Shown: positions 12,001-26,282 of the stretch, one piece after another
How the letters are laid out: each line of letters starts with the position of its first letter
How positions within the stretch are numbered: the stretch's first letter is position 1
From: Eledone cirrhosa
Lineage: Eukaryota
DNA: 64,000 nucleotides
Assembly (NCBI GenBank): GCA_964016885.1
Contig: OZ024741.1
Location: 250,728,001 to 250,792,000 of the forward strand
Direction: 5' to 3'
Notes under the pieces: generated by a model
Database searches by the model: none
The model's input: the letters and a program-made list of their open reading frames with translations, nothing else
Told to the model about the DNA's origin: nothing
Position numbers and translations under genes: made by a program

Positions 12001-15000
12001 AATTTTTTTTTAAATTAGGGGGAGATTTGTAAAAAAAATCAGGGGGAGATAATTTGTAAAAATAATCAAGGGGAAATAATTTCCAGCCGTCCAAGGGGAG
12101 ATAATTTCCAGCCGTCCAAGGGGAGATAATTTCCAGCCGTCCAAGGAGAGGTAATTTCTAGCCGTCCAAGGGGAGATAATTTCCAGCCGTCCAAGGGGAG
12201 ATAATTTCCAGCCGTCCAAGGGGAGATAATTTCCAGCCGTTCAAGGGGAGATAATTTCCAGCCGTCCAAGGAGAGGTAATTTCAAGCCGTCCAAGGGGAG
12301 ATAATTTCCAGCCGTCCAAGGGGAGATAAATTCCAGCCTCCAAGGGGAGATAATTTCCAGCCAGCCAAGGGGAGATAATTTGTAAAAAAATCAGGGGGAG
12401 ATAATTTGTAAAAAAAATCAGGGGGAGATAATTTGTAAAAAAAAAATCAGGGGAGATAATTTGTAAAAAAAAATCAGGGGGAGATAATTTGTAAAAAAAA
12501 TCAAGGGGAGATAATTTCCAGCCGTCCAAGGGGAGGTAATTTTCAGCCGTCCAAGGAGAGGTAATTTCTAGCCGTCCAAGGGGAGATAATTTCCAGCCGT
12601 CCAAGAGGAGATAATTTCCAGCCGTCCAAGGGGAGATAATTTTTTAAAAAAAATCAGGCGGAGATAATTTGTAAAAAAAAAATCAGGGGAGATAATTTGT
12701 AAAAAAAAATCGGGGAGATAATTTGTAAAAAAAAATCAGGGGGAGATAATATGTAAAAAAAATCAAGGGGAGATAATTTCCAGCCGTCCAAGGGAAGATA
12801 ATTTCCAGCCCTCCAAGGGGCTATAATTTCTAGCGTCCAAGGGGAGATAATTTCCAGCCAGCGAAAAGGAGATAATTTTTTTTTAAAAATCACTGGGAGA
12901 TTTGTAAAAAAAATCAGGGGGAGATAATTTGTAAAAAAATCAAGGGGAGATAATTTCCAGCCGTCCAAAGAGAGATAATTTCTAGCCGTCCAAGGGGAGA
13001 TAATTTCCAGCCAAGGGGAGATAATTTCCAGCCGTCCAAGGGGAGATAATTTCCAGCCGTGCAAGGGGAGATAATTTCCAGCCGTCCAAGGGGAGATAAT
13101 TTCCATCCTTCCAAGGGGAGATAATTTCCAGCCGTCCAAGGGGAGATTATTTCCCGCCAGCCAAGGGAAGATAATATTTAAAAAAATCAGGCGGATATAA
13201 TTTGTAAAATAAATTAGGGGGAGATAATTTTAAAAAAATCAGGGGGAGATAATTTGTAAAAAAAATCAAGGGGAGATAATTTCCAGCCAGCGAAGGGGAG
13301 ATAATTTTTTAAAAAAAATCACTGGGAGATTTGTAAAACAAATCAGGGGGAGATAATTTGTAAAAAAAATCAAGGGGAGATAATTTCCAGCCGTCCAAAG
13401 AGAGATAATTTCTAGCCGTCCAAGGGGAGATAATTTCCAGCCAAGGGGAGATAATTTCCAGCCGTCCAAGGGGAGATAATTTTTTAAAAAATCAGGTGGA
13501 GATAATTTGTAAAAAAAATCAGGGGAAGATAATTTGTAAAAACAAAATCAAGGGCAGATAATTTCCAGCCGTCCAAGGGGAGATAATTTCCAGCAGTGCA
13601 AGGGGAGATAATTTCCAGCCGTCCAAGGAGAGATAATTTCCATCCTTCCTAGGGGAGATAATTTCCAGCCGTCTAAGGGGAGATAATATTTAAAAAAATC
13701 AGGCGGAGATAATTTGTAAAAAAAATCAGGGGGAGATAATTTGTAAAAAAAAAATCAGGAGGAGATAATTTGTAAAAAAAATCAGGGGGAGATAATTTGT
13801 AAAAAAAAATCAGGGGTAGATAATTTGTAAAAAAAAATCAGGGGGAGATAATTTGTAAAAAAAAATCAAGGGGAGATAATTTTCAGCCGTCCAAGGGGAG
13901 ATAATTTTCAGCCGTCCAAGGAGAGGTAATTTCTAGCCGTCCAAGGGGAGATAATTTCCAGCCGTCCAAGGGGAGATAATTTCCAGCCGTCCAAGGGGAG
14001 ATAATTTTTAAAAAAAATCAAGCGGAGATAATTTGTAAAAAAAAAATCAGTGGGAGATAATTTGTAAAAAAAAAATCGGGGGGAGATAATTTGTAAAAAA
14101 AATCAAGGGGAGATAATTTCTAGCCGTCCAAGGGAAGATAATTTCCAGCCCTCCAAGGGAAGATAACTTCCAGCCCTCCAAGGGGCTATAATTTCCAGCG
14201 TCCAAGGGGAGATAATTTCCAGCCAGCGAAGGGGAGATAATTTTTTTTTAAAAATCACTGGGAGATTTGTAAAAAAAATCAGGGGGAGATAATTTGTAAA
14301 AAAATCAAGGGGAGATAATTTCCAGCCGTCCAAAGAGAGATAATTTCTAGCCGTCCAAGGGGAGATAATTTCCAGCCAACGGGAGATAATTTCCAGCCGT
14401 CCAAGGAGAGATAATTTTTTAAAAAATCAGGTGGAGATAATTTGTAAAAAAAATCAGGGGAAGATAATTTGTAAAAACAAAATCAAGTGCAGATAATTTC
14501 CAGCCGTCCAAGGGGAGATAATTTCCATCCTTCCAAGGGGAGATAATTTCCAGGCGTCCAAGGGGAGATAATTTCCCGCCAGCCAAGGGAAGATAATATT
14601 TAAAAAAATCAGGCGGAGATAATTTGTAAAAAAAAACGGGGAGATAATTTGTAAAAAAAAATCAGGGGGAGATAATTTGGAAAAAAAAATCAGGCGTAGA
14701 TAATTTGTAAAAAAAAATCAGGGGTAGATAATTTGTAAAAAAAAATCAAGGGGAGATAATTTCCAGCCGTCCAAGGGGAGATAATTTTCAGCCATCCAAG
14801 GAGAGGTAATTTCTAGCCGTCCAAGGGGAGATAATTTCCAGCCGTCCAAGGGGAGATAATTTCCAGCCGTCCAAGGGGAGATAATTTTAAAAAAAAATCA
14901 GGCGGAGATAATTTGTAAAAAAAAAATCAGGGGGAGATAATTTGTAAAAAAAAATCAGGGGTAGATAATTTGTAAAAAAAATCAAGGGGAGATAATTTCC

Positions 15001-15260
15001 AGCCATCCAAGGGAAGATAATTTCCAGCCCTCCAAGGAAAGATAACTTCCAGCCCTCCAAGGGGCTATAATTTCCAGCGTCCAAGGGGAGATAATTTCCA
15101 GCCAGCGAAGGGGAGATAATTTTTTTAAAAAAATCACTGGGAGATTTGTAAAAAAAATCAGGGGTAGATAATTTGTAAAAAAAAATCAGGGGGAGATAAT
15201 TTGTAAAAAAAATCAGGGGGAGATAATTTGTAAAAAATCAAGGGGAGATAATTTCCAGCC
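1..15260 (+). repeat. Higher-order super-repeat, copy 1 (segment repeated at offset +41,791/41,792)
   Basis: Identical or near-identical ORF series at constant offset: 133->41924, 475->42266, 4142->45934, 6484->48276, 12654->54446, 14103->55895. The rare variant TCCGGCGG occurs at 85 and 41876. TTGGGGGGGAG occurs at ~3826 and ~45618. Confidence 0.95.
8603..11465 (+). repeat. Copy of 1..~2861 at offset ~8,603 (also 41.8-44.65 kb versus 50.4-53.25 kb)
   Basis: ORF pairs 475->9078, 1282->9885, 1784->10387, 1899->10502. The paths diverge at ~2862 and ~11466. Confidence 0.92.
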
Positions 15261-15639
15261 CTCCAAGGGGAGATAATTTTCAGCCATCCAAGGAGAGGTA
15301 ATTTCTAGCCGTTCAAGGGGAGATAATTTCCAGCCGTCCAAGGGGAGATAATTTCCAGCCGTCCAAGGGGAGATAATTTTTAAAAAAAATCAGGCGGAGC
15401 TAATTTGTAAAAAAATAATCAGGGGCAGATAATTTGTAAAAAAATATCAGGGGGAGATAATTTGTATACAAAATCAAGGGGAGATAATTTCCAGCCGTCC
15501 AAGGCGAGATAATTTCCAGCCGTCCAAGGGGAGATAATTTACAGCTGTCCAAGTAGAGGTAATTTCTAGGCGTCCAAGGGGAGATAATTTCCAGCCGTCC
15601 AAGGGGAGATAATTTCCAGCCAGCCAAGGGGAGATAATT

Positions 15640-18600
15640 TCCAGCCAGCCAAGGGGAGATATTTGTAAAAAAAATCAGGCAGAGATAATTTGTAAAAAAA
15701 AAATCAGGGGTAGATAATTTGTAGAAGACATAAAGGGGAGATAATTTCCAGCCGTCCAAGGGGAGAAAATTTCCATCCAGCCAAGGGGAGATAATTTAAA
15801 AAAAAAAATCAGGCGGAGATAATATGTAAAAAAAAATCAGGGGGAGATAATTAGTATAAAAAATCAAGGGGAGATAATTTCCAGCCGTCCAAGGGGAGAT
15901 AATTTCCAGCCCTACAAGCAGCTATAATTTCCAGCCGTCCAAAGGGAGATAATTTCCAGCCAGGGAAGGGGAGATAATTTTTTTTTAAATTAGGGGGAGA
16001 TTTGTAAAAAAAATCAGGGGGAGATAATTTGTAAAAAAAATCAAGGGGAAATAATTTCCAGCCGTCCAAGGGGAGATAATTTCCAGCCGTCCAAGGGGAG
16101 ATAATTTCCAGCCGTCCAAGGAGAGGTAATTTCTAGCCGTCCAAGGGGAGATAATTTCCAGCCGTCCAAGGGGAGATCATTTCCAGCCGTCCAAGGGGAG
16201 ATAATTTCCAGCCGTTCAAGGGGAGATAATTTCCAGCCGTCCAAGGAGAGGTAATTTCTAGCCGTCCAAGGGGAGATAATTTCCAGCCGTCCAAGGGGAG
16301 ATAAATTCCAGCCTCCAAGGGGAGATAATTTCCAGCCAGCCAAGGGGAGATAATTTGTAAAAGAATCAGGGGGAGATAATTTGTAAAAAAAAATCAGGGG
16401 GAGATAATTTGTAAAAAAAAAATCAGGGGGAGATAATTTGTAAAAAAAATCAGGGGGAGATAATTTGTAAAAAAATCAAGGGGAGATATTTTCCAGCCGT
16501 CCAAGGGGAGATAATTTTCAGCCGTCCAAGGAGAAGTAATTTCTAGCCGTCCAAGGGGAGATAATTTCCAGCCGTCCAAGGGGAGATAATTTCCAGCCGT
16601 CCAAGGGGAGATAATTTTTTTTTAAAAATCAGGCGGAGATAATTTGTAAAAAAAAAATCAGGGGGAGATAATTTGTAAAAAAAAATCGGGGAGATAATTT
16701 GTAAAAAAAAATCAGGGGGAGATAATATGTAAAAAAATCAAGGGGAGATAATTTCCAGCCGTCCAAGGGAAGATAATTTCCAGCCCTCCAAGGGGCTATA
16801 ATTTTCAGCGTCCAAGGGGAGATAATTTCCAGCCAGCGAAAGGGAGATAATTTTTTTTTAAAAATCACTGGGAGATTTGTAAAAAAAATCAGGGGGAGAT
16901 AATTTGTAAAAAAAATCAAGGGGAGATAATTTCCAGCCGTCCAAAGAGAGATAATTTCTAGCCGTCCAAGGGGAGATAATTTCCAGCCGTGCAAGGGGAG
17001 ATCATTTCCAGCCGTCCAAGGGGAGATAATTTCCATCCTTCCAAGGGGAGATAATTTCCAGCCGTCCAAGGGGAGATTATTTCCAAGGAAAGATAATATT
17101 TAAAAAAATCAGGCGGAGATAATTTGTAAAATAAATCAGGGGGAGATAATTTGTAAAAAAAAAATCAGGGGGAGATAATTTGTAAAAAAGTCAGGGAGAT
17201 AATTTGTAAAAAAAAATCAGGGGTAGATAATATGTAAAATAAAATCAGGGGGAGATAATTTGTAAAAAAAAAATCAGGGGGAGATAATTTGTAAAAAAAA
17301 TCAAGGGGAGATAATTTTCAGCCGTCCAAGGAGAGGTAATTTCTAGCCGTCCAAGGGGAGATCATTTCCAGCCGTCCAAGGGGAGATAATTTCCAGCCGT
17401 CCAAGGGGAGATCATTTTTAAAAAAAAATCAGGCGGAGATAATTTGTAAAAAAAAAATCAGGGGGAGATAATTTGTAAAAAAAAATCAGGGGGAGATAAT
17501 TTGTAAAAAAAAATCAAGGGGAGATAATTTCCAGCCGTCCAAGGGGAGATAATTTCCAGCCAGCGAAGGGGAGATAATTTTTTTAAAAAAATCACTGGTA
17601 GATTTGTAAAAAAAATCAGGGGGAGATAATTTGTAATAAGAATCAAGGGGAGATAATTTCCAGCCGTCCAAAGAGAGATAATTTCTAGCCGTCCAAGGGG
17701 AGATAATTTCCAGCCAAGGGGAGATAATTTCCAGCCGTCCAAGCGTAGATAATTTTTTAAAATATCAGGTGGAGATAATTTGTAAAAAAAATCAGGGGGA
17801 GATAATTTGTAAAAGCAAAATCAAGGGCAGATAATTTCCAGCCGTCCAAGGGGAGATAATTTCCAGCCGTGCAAGGGGAGATAATTTGTAAAAAAAATCA
17901 GGGGGAGATAATTTCCAGCCGTCCAAGGGGAGATAATTCCATCCTTCCAAGGGGAGATAATTTCCAGCCGTCCAAGGGGAGATAATTTCCATCCAGCCAA
18001 GGGGAGATAATTTTAAAAAAATCAGGCGGAGATAATTTGTAAAAAAAAAAATCAGGGGGAGATAATTTGTAAAAAAAAATCAGGGGGAGATAATTTGTAA
18101 AAAAATCAGGGGTAGATAATTTGTAAAAAAAATCAAGGGGAGATAATTTCCAGCCGTCCAAGGGGAGATAATTTCCAGCCAGCGAAGGGGAGATAATTTT
18201 TTTTTTTAAATCAGGGGTAGATTGGTAAAAAAAATCAGGGGGAGATAATTTGTAAAAAAATCAAGGGGAGATAATTTCCAGCCGTCGAAGGAGAGATAAT
18301 TTATAGCCGTCCAAGGGGAGATAATTTCCAGCAAGCCAAGGGAGATAATATTTTAAAAAAATCAGGCGGAGATGATTTGTAAAAAAAATCAGGTGGAGAT
18401 AATTTGTTAAAAAAAATCAGGGGGCGATAATTTCCAGCCGTCCAAGGGGAGATAATTTTTTTTTTTAAATCAGGGGAGATAATTTGTAAAAAAAATCAGG
18501 GGGAGATAATTTGTGAAAAAAATCAGGGGGAGATAATTTGAAAAAAAAAATCAGGGGGAGCTAATTTGTAAAAAAATATCAGGGGGAGATAATTTCCAGC

Positions 18601-21150
18601 CAGCCAAGGGGAGATATTTGTAAAAAAAAATCAGGGAGAGATAATTTGTAAAAAAAAAATCAGGGGTAGATAATTTGTAGAAGAAATCAAGGGGAGATAA
18701 TTTCCAGCCGTCCAAGGGGAGATAATTTCCATCCAGCCAAGGGGAGATAATTTTTTTTTTTAAAATCAGGCGGAGATAATTTGTAAAAAAAAATCAGGGT
18801 GAGATACTTAGTAAAAAAAATCAAGGGGAGATAATTTCCAGCCGTCCAAGGGGAGATAATTTCCAGCCCTACAAGCGGCTATAATTTCCAGCCGTCCAAA
18901 GGAAGATAATTTCCAGCCAGCGAAGGGGAGATAATTTTTTTTTTAATTAGGTGGAGATTTGTAAAAAAAAATCAGGGGGAGATAATTTGTAAAAAAAATC
19001 AAGGGGAAATAATTTCCAGCCGTCCAAGGGGAGATAATTTCCAGCCGTCCAAGGGCAGATAATTTCCAGCCGTCCAAGGAGAGGTAATATCTAGCCGTCC
19101 AAGGGGAGATAATTTCCAGCCGTCCAAGGGGAGATAATTTCCAGCCGTCCAAGGGGAGATAATTTCCAGCCGTCCAAGGAGACATAATTTCCAGCCGTCC
19201 AAGGAGAGGTAATTTCTAGCCGTCCAAGGGGAGATAAATTCCAGCCTCCAAGGGGAGATAATTTCCAGCCAGCCAAGGGGATATAATTTGTAAAAAAAAT
19301 CAGGGGGAGATAATTTGTAAAAAAAAATCAGGGGGAGATAATTTGTAAAAAAAATCAGGGGGAGATAATTTGTAAAAAAAAATCAGGGGGAGATAATTTG
19401 TAAAAAAATCAAGGGGAGATATTTTCCAGCCGTCCAAGGGGAGATAATTTTCAGCCGTCCAAGGAGAGGTAATTTCTAGCCGTCCAAGGGGAGATAATTT
19501 CCAGCCGTCCAAGGGGAGATAATTTCCAGCCGTCCGAGGGGAGATAATTTTTAAAAAAAATCAGGCGGAGATAATTTGTAAAAAAAAAATCAGGGGGAGA
19601 TAATTTGTAAAAAAAAATCGGGGAGATAATTTGTAAAAACAAATCAGGGGGAGATAATATGTAAAAAAATCAAGGGGAGATAATTTCCAGCCGTCCGAGG
19701 GGAGATTATTTCCAAGGGAAGATAATATTTAAAAAATTCAGGTGGAGATAATTTGTAAAATAAATCAGGGGGAGATAATTTGTAAAAAAAAAATCAGGGG
19801 GAGATAATTTGTAAAAAAGTCAGGGAGATAATTTGTAAAAAAAAATCAGGGGTAGATAATATTTAAAATAAAATCAGGGGGAGATAATTTGTAAAAAAAA
19901 AAATCAGGGGGAGATAATTTGTAAAAAAAATCAAGGGGAGATAATTTTCAGCCGTCCAAGGAGAGGTAATTTCTAGCCGTCCAAGGGGAGATCATTTCCA
20001 GTCGTCCAAGGGGAGATAATTTCCAGCCGTCCAAGGGGAGATCATTTTTTAAAAAAAATCAGGCGGAGATAATTTGTAAAAAAAAAATCAGGGGGAGATA
20101 ATTTGTAAAAAAAAATCAGGGGGAGATAATTTGTAAAAAAAATCAAGGGGAGATAATTTCCAGCCGTCCAAGGGAAGATAATTTCCAGCCTCCAAGGGGC
20201 TATAATTTCCAGCGTCCAAGGGGAGATAATTTCCAGCCAGCGAAGGGGAGATAATTTTTTTTTAAAAATCACTGGTAGATTTGTAAAAAAAATCAGGGGG
20301 AGATAATTTGTAAAAAGAATCAAGGGGAGATAATTTCCAGCCGTCCAAAGAGAGATAATTTCTAGCCGTCCAAGGGGAGATAATTTCCAGCCAAGGGGAG
20401 ATAATTTCCAGCCGTCCAAGGGGAGATAATTTTTTAAAATATCAGGTGGAGATAATTTGTAAAAAAAATCAGGGGGAGATAATTTGTAAAAACAAAATCA
20501 AGGGCAGATAATTTCCAGCCGTCCAAGGGGAGATAATTTCCATCCTTCCAAGGGGAGATAATTTCCAGCCGTCCAAGGGGAGATAATTTCCATCCAGCCA
20601 AGGGGAGATAATTTTAAAAAAATCAGGCGGAGATAATTTGTAAAAAAAAAAATCAGGGGGAGATAATTTGTAAAAAAAAATCAGGGGGAGATAATTTGTA
20701 AAAAAATCAGGGGTAGATAATTTGTAAAAAAAATCAAGGGGAGATAATTTCCAGCCGTCCCAGGGGAGATAATTTCCAGCCAGCGAAGGGGAGATAATTT
20801 TTTTTTTTAAATCAGGGGTAGATTGGTAAAAAAAAATCAGGGGGAGATAATTTGTAAAAAAATCAAGAGGAGATAATTTCCAGCCGTCGAAGGAGAGATA
20901 ATTTATAGCCGTCCAAGGGGAGATAATTTCCAGCAAGCCAAGGGAGATAATATTTTAAAAAAATCAGGCGGAGATGATTTGTAAAAAAAATCAGGTGGAG
21001 ATAATTTGTTTAAAAAAATCAGGGGGCGATAATTTCCAGCCGTCCAAGGGGAGATAATTTTTTTTTTTAAATCAGGGGAGATAATTTGTAAAAAAAATCA
21101 GGGGGAGATAATTTGAGAAAAAAATCAGGGGGAGATAATTTGAAAAAAAA
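15640..21150 (+). repeat. More diverged tandem pair of ~2.9 and ~2.6-kb blocks (approx. 15640..18590 and 18590..21150)
   Basis: Shared unusual monomers: GATTATTTCCAAGG(A/G)AAG (~17075/19704), AAAAAGTCAGGGAGAT (~17185/19814), GAGATATTTTCC (~16483/19416), and TTATAGCC (18301/20903). Boundaries are approximate. Confidence 0.75.
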
Positions 21151-24100
21151 AATCAGGGGGAGATAATATGTAAAAAAAATCAAGGGGAGATAATTTCCAG
21201 CCGTCCGAGGGAAGATAATTTCCAGCCCTCCAAGGGGCTATAATTTCCAGCGTCCAAGGGGAGATAATTTCCAGCCAGCGAAAGGGAGATTATTTTTTTT
21301 TAAAAATCACTGGGAGATTTGTAAAAAAAATCAGGGGGAGATAATTTGTAAAAAAAATCAAGGGGAGATAATTTCCAGCCGTCCAAAGAGAGATAATTTC
21401 TAGCCGTCCAAGGGGAGATAATTTCCAGCCGTGCAAGGGGAGATAATTTCCAGCCGTCCAAGGGGAGATAATTTCCATCCTTCCAAGGGGAGATAATTTC
21501 CAGCCGTCCAAGGGGAGATTATTTCCCGCCAGCCAAGGGAAGATAATATTTAAAAAAATCAGGCGGAGATAATTTGTAAAATAAATCAGGGGGAGTTAAT
21601 TTGTAAAAAAATCAGGGGGAGATAATTTGTAAAAAAATCAGGGGGAGATAATTTGTAAAAAAAAATCAGGGGTAGATAATATGTAAAATAAAATCAGGGG
21701 GAGATAATTTGTAAAAAAAAAAATCAGGGGGAGATAATTTGTAAAAAAAATCAAGGGGAGATAATTTTCAGCCGTCCAAGGAGAGGTAATTATTAGCCGT
21801 CCAAGGGGAGATAATTTCCAGCCGTCCAAGGGGAGATAATTTCCAGCCGTCCAAGGGGAGATAATTTTAAAAAAAAATCAGGCGGAGATAATTTGTAAAA
21901 AAAAATCAGGGGGAGATAATTTGTAAAAAAAAATCAGGGGGAGATAATTTGTAAAAAAAATCAAGGGGAGATAATTTCCAGCCGTCCAAGGGAAGATAAT
22001 TTCCAGCCTCCAAGGGGCTATAATTTCCAGCGTCCAAGGGGAGATAATTTCCAGCCAGCGAAGGGGAGATAATTTTTTTAAAAAAATCACTGGGAGATTT
22101 GTAAAAAAAATCAGGGGGAGATAATTTGTAAAAAGAATCAAGGGTAGATAATTTCCAGCCGTCCAAAGAGAGATAATTTCTAGCCGTCCAAGGGGAGATA
22201 TTTCCAGCCAAGGGGAGATAATTTCCAGCCGTCCAAGGGGAGATAATTTTTTTAAATATCAGGTGGAGATAATTTGTAAAAAAAATCAGGGGGAGATAAT
22301 TTGTAAAAGCAAAATCAAGGGCAAATAATTTCCAGCGGTCCAAGGGGAGATAATTTCCAGCCGTGCAAGGGGAGATAATTTGTAAAAAAAATCAGGGGGA
22401 GATAATTTCCAGCCGTCCAAGGGGAGATAATTTTCAGCCGTCCAAGGAGAGGTAATTTCTAGCCGTCCAAGGGGAGATAATTTCCAGCCGTGCAAGGGGA
22501 GATAATTTCCAGCCGTCCAAGGGGAGATAATTTCCATCCTTCCAAGGGGAGATAATTTCCAGCCGTCCAAGGGGAGATAATTTCCAGCCAGCGAAGGGGA
22601 GATAATTTTTTTTTTTAAATCAGGGGTAGATTGGTAAAAAAAAATCAGGGGGAGATAATTTGTAAAAAAATCAAGGGGAGATAATTTCCAGCCGTCGAAG
22701 GAGAGATAATTTATAGCCGTCCAAGGGGAGATAATTTCCAGCAAGCCAAGGGAGATAATTTTTTAAAAAAATCAGGCGGAGATGATTTGTAAAAAAAATC
22801 AGGTGGAGATAATTTGTTAAAAAAAATCAGGGGGCGATAATTTCCAGCCGTCCAAGGGGAGATAATTTTCAGCCGTCCAAGGAGAGGTAATTTCTAGCCG
22901 TTCAAGGGGAGATAATTTCCAGCCGTCCAAGGGGAGATAATTTCCAGCCGTCCAAGGGGAGATAATTTTTAAAAAAAATCAGGCGGAGCTAATTTGTAAA
23001 AAAATAATCAGGGGCAGATAATTTGTAAAAAAAAATCAGGGGGAGATAATTTGTATACAAAATCAAGGGGAGATAATTTCCAGCCGTCCAAGGCGAGATA
23101 ATTTCCAGCCGTCCAAGGGAAGATAATTTACAGCTGTCCAAGGAGAGGTAATTTCTAGGCGTCCAAGGGGAGATAATTTCCAGCCGTCCAAGGGGAGATC
23201 ATTTCCAGCCTGCCAAGGGGAGATAATTTCCAGGCAGCCAAGGTTAGATATTTGTAAAAAAAAATCAGGGGGAGATAATTAGTAAAAAAAATCAAGGGGA
23301 GATAATTTCCAGCCGTCCAAGGGGAGATAATTTCCAGCCCTACAAGCAGCTATAATTTCCAGCCGTCCAAAGGGAGATAATTTCCAGCCAGCGAAGGGGA
23401 GATAATTTTTTTTTAAATTAGGGGGAGATTTGTAAAAAAAATCAGGGGGAGATAATTTGTAAAAATAATCAAGGGGAAATAATTTCCAGCCGTCCAAGGG
23501 GAGATAATTTCCAGCCGTCCAAGGGGAGATAATTTTCAGCCGTCCAAGGAGAGGTAATTTCTAGCTGTCCAAGGGGAGATAATTTCCAGCCGTCCAAGGG
23601 GAGATAATTTTTTAAAAAAAATCAGGCGGAGATAATTTGTAAAAAAAAATCAGGGGAGATAATTTGTAAAAAAAAATCGGGGAGATAATTTGTAAAAAAA
23701 AATCAGGGGGAGATAATATGTAAAAAAAATCAAGGGGAGATAATTTCCAGCCGTCCAAGGGAAGATAATTTCCAGCCCTCCAAGGGGCTATAATTTCTAG
23801 CGTCCAAGGGGAGATAATTTCCAGCCAGCGAAAGGGAGATAATTTTTTTTAAAAAATCACTGGGAGATTTGTAAAAAAAATCAGGGGGAGATAATTTGTA
23901 AAAAAATCAAGGGGAGATAATTTCCAGCCGTCCAAAGAGAGATAATTTCTAGCCGTCCAAGGGGAGATAATTTCCAGCCAAGGGGAGATAATTTCCAGCC
24001 GTCCAAGTGGAGATAATTTCCAGCCGTGCAAGGGGAGATAATTTCCAGCCGTCCAAGGGGAGATAATTTCCATCCTTCCAAGGGGAGATAATTTCCAGCC

Positions 24101-26282
24101 GTCCAAGGGGAGATTATTTCCCGCCAGCCAAGGGAAGATAATATTTAAAAAAATCAGGCGGAGATAATTTGTAAAATAAATTAGGGGGAGATAATTTGTA
24201 AAAAAATCAGGGGGAGATAATTTGTAAAAAAAATCAAGGGGAGATAATTTCCAGCCAGCGAAGGAGAGATAATTTAAAAAAAAAAATCACTGGGAGATTT
24301 GTAAAACAAATCAGGGGGAGATAATTTGTAAAAAAAATCAAGGGGAGATAATTTCCAGCCGTCCAAAGAGAGATAATTTCTAGCCGTCCAAGGGGAGATA
24401 ATTTCCAGCCAAGGGGAGATAATTTCCAGCCGTCCAAGGGGAGATAATTTTTTAAAAAATCAGGTGGAGATAATTTGTAAAAGAAATCAGGGGAAGATAA
24501 TTTGTAAAAACAAAATCAAGGGCAGATAATTTCCAGCCGTCCAAGGGGAGATAATTTCCAGCAGTGCAAGGGGAGATAATTTCTAGCCGTCCAAGGAGAG
24601 ATAATTTCCATCCTTCCAAGGGAAGATAATTTCCAGCCGTCCAAGGGGAGATAATTTCCCGCCAGCCAAGGGAAGATAATATTTAAAAAAATCAGGCGGA
24701 GATAATTTGTAAAAAAAATCAGGGGGAGATAATTTGTAAAAAAAAAATCAGTGGGAGATAATTTGTAAAAAAAATCAGGGGTAGATAATTTGTAAAAAAA
24801 AATCAGGGGGAGATAATTTGTAAAAAAAAATCAAGGGGAGATAATTTCCAGCCGTCCAAGGGGAGATAATTTTCAGCCGTCCAAGGAGAGGTAATTTCTA
24901 GCCGTCCAAGGGGAGATAATTTCCAGCCGTCCAAGGGGAGATAATTTCCAGCCAGCGAAGGGGAGATAATTTTTTTTTAAAAATCACTGGGAGATAATTT
25001 TTAAAAAAAGTCAGGCGGAGATAATTTGTAAAAAAAAAATCAGTGGGAGATAATTTGTAAAAAAAAAATCGGGGGGACATAATTTGTAAAAAAAATCAAG
25101 GGGAGATAATTTCTAGCCGTCCAAGGGAAGATAATTTCCAGCCCTCCAAGGGAAGATAACTTCCAGCCCTCCAAGGGGCTATAATTTCCAGCGTCCAAGG
25201 GGAGATAATTTCCAGCCAGCGAAGGGGAGATAATTTTTTTTTAAAAATCACTGGGAGATTTGTAAAAAAAATCAGGGGGAGATAATTTGTAAAAAAATCA
25301 AGGGGAGATAATTTCCAGCCGTACAAGGAGAGGTAATTTCTAGCCGTCCAAGGGGAGATAATTTCCAGCCGTCCAAGGGGAGATAATTTCCAGCCGTCCA
25401 AGGGGAGATAATTTAAAAAAAAAATCAGGCGGAGATAATTTGTAAAAAAAAAATCAGGGGGAGATAATTTGTAAAAAAAAATCAGGGGGAGATAATTTGT
25501 AAAAAAAATCAAGGGGAGATAATTTCCAGCCGTCCAAGGGAAGATAATTTCCAGCCCTCCAAGGAAAGATAACTTCCAGCCCTCCAAGGGGCTATAATTT
25601 CCAGCGTCCAAGGGGAGATAATTTCCAGCCAGCGAAGGGGAGATTTTTTTAAAAAAATCACTGGGAGATTTTTTAAAAAAATCAGGGGTAAATAATTTGT
25701 AAAAAAAAATCAGGGGGAGATAATTTGTAAAAAAAATCAGGGGGAGATAATTTGTAAAAAATCAAGGGGAGATAATTTCCAGCCGTCCAAGGGGAGATAA
25801 TTTTCAGCCATCCAAGGAGAGGTAATTTCTAGCCGTTCAAGGGGAGATAATTTCCAGCCGTCCAAGGGGAGATAATTTCCAGCCGTCCAAGGGGAGATAA
25901 TTTTTTAAAAAAATCAGGCGGAGCTAATTTGTAAAAAAATAATCAGGGGCAGATAATTTGTAAAAAAATATCAGGGGGAGATAATTTGTATACAAAATCA
26001 AGGGGAGATAATTTCCAGCCGTCCAAGGCGAGATAATTTCCAGCCGTCCAAGGGGAGATAATTTACAGCTGTCCAAGTAGAGGTAATTTCTAGGCGTCCA
26101 AGGGGAGATAATTTCCAGCCGTCCAAGAGGAGATAATTTCCAGCCAGCCAAGGGGAGATAATTTCCAGCCAGCCAAGGGGAGATATTTGTAAAAAAAATC
26201 AGGTGGAGATAATTTGTAAAAAAAAAATCAGGGGTAGATAATTTGTAGAAGACATAAAGGGGAGATAATTTCCAGCCGTCCA
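21150..26282 (+). repeat. Older, deletion-bearing copy of ~9750..15760 (offset 11,405 -> 10,967 -> 10,524)
   Basis: ORF pairs 9885->21290, 10883->22286, 11876->23279, ORF ends 13139->24106, and 15400->25924. Shared rare monomers include GCAGCCAAGGTTAGATATTTG (~11831/23234) and GTAGAAGACATAAAGG (15721/26245). Confidence 0.85.
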
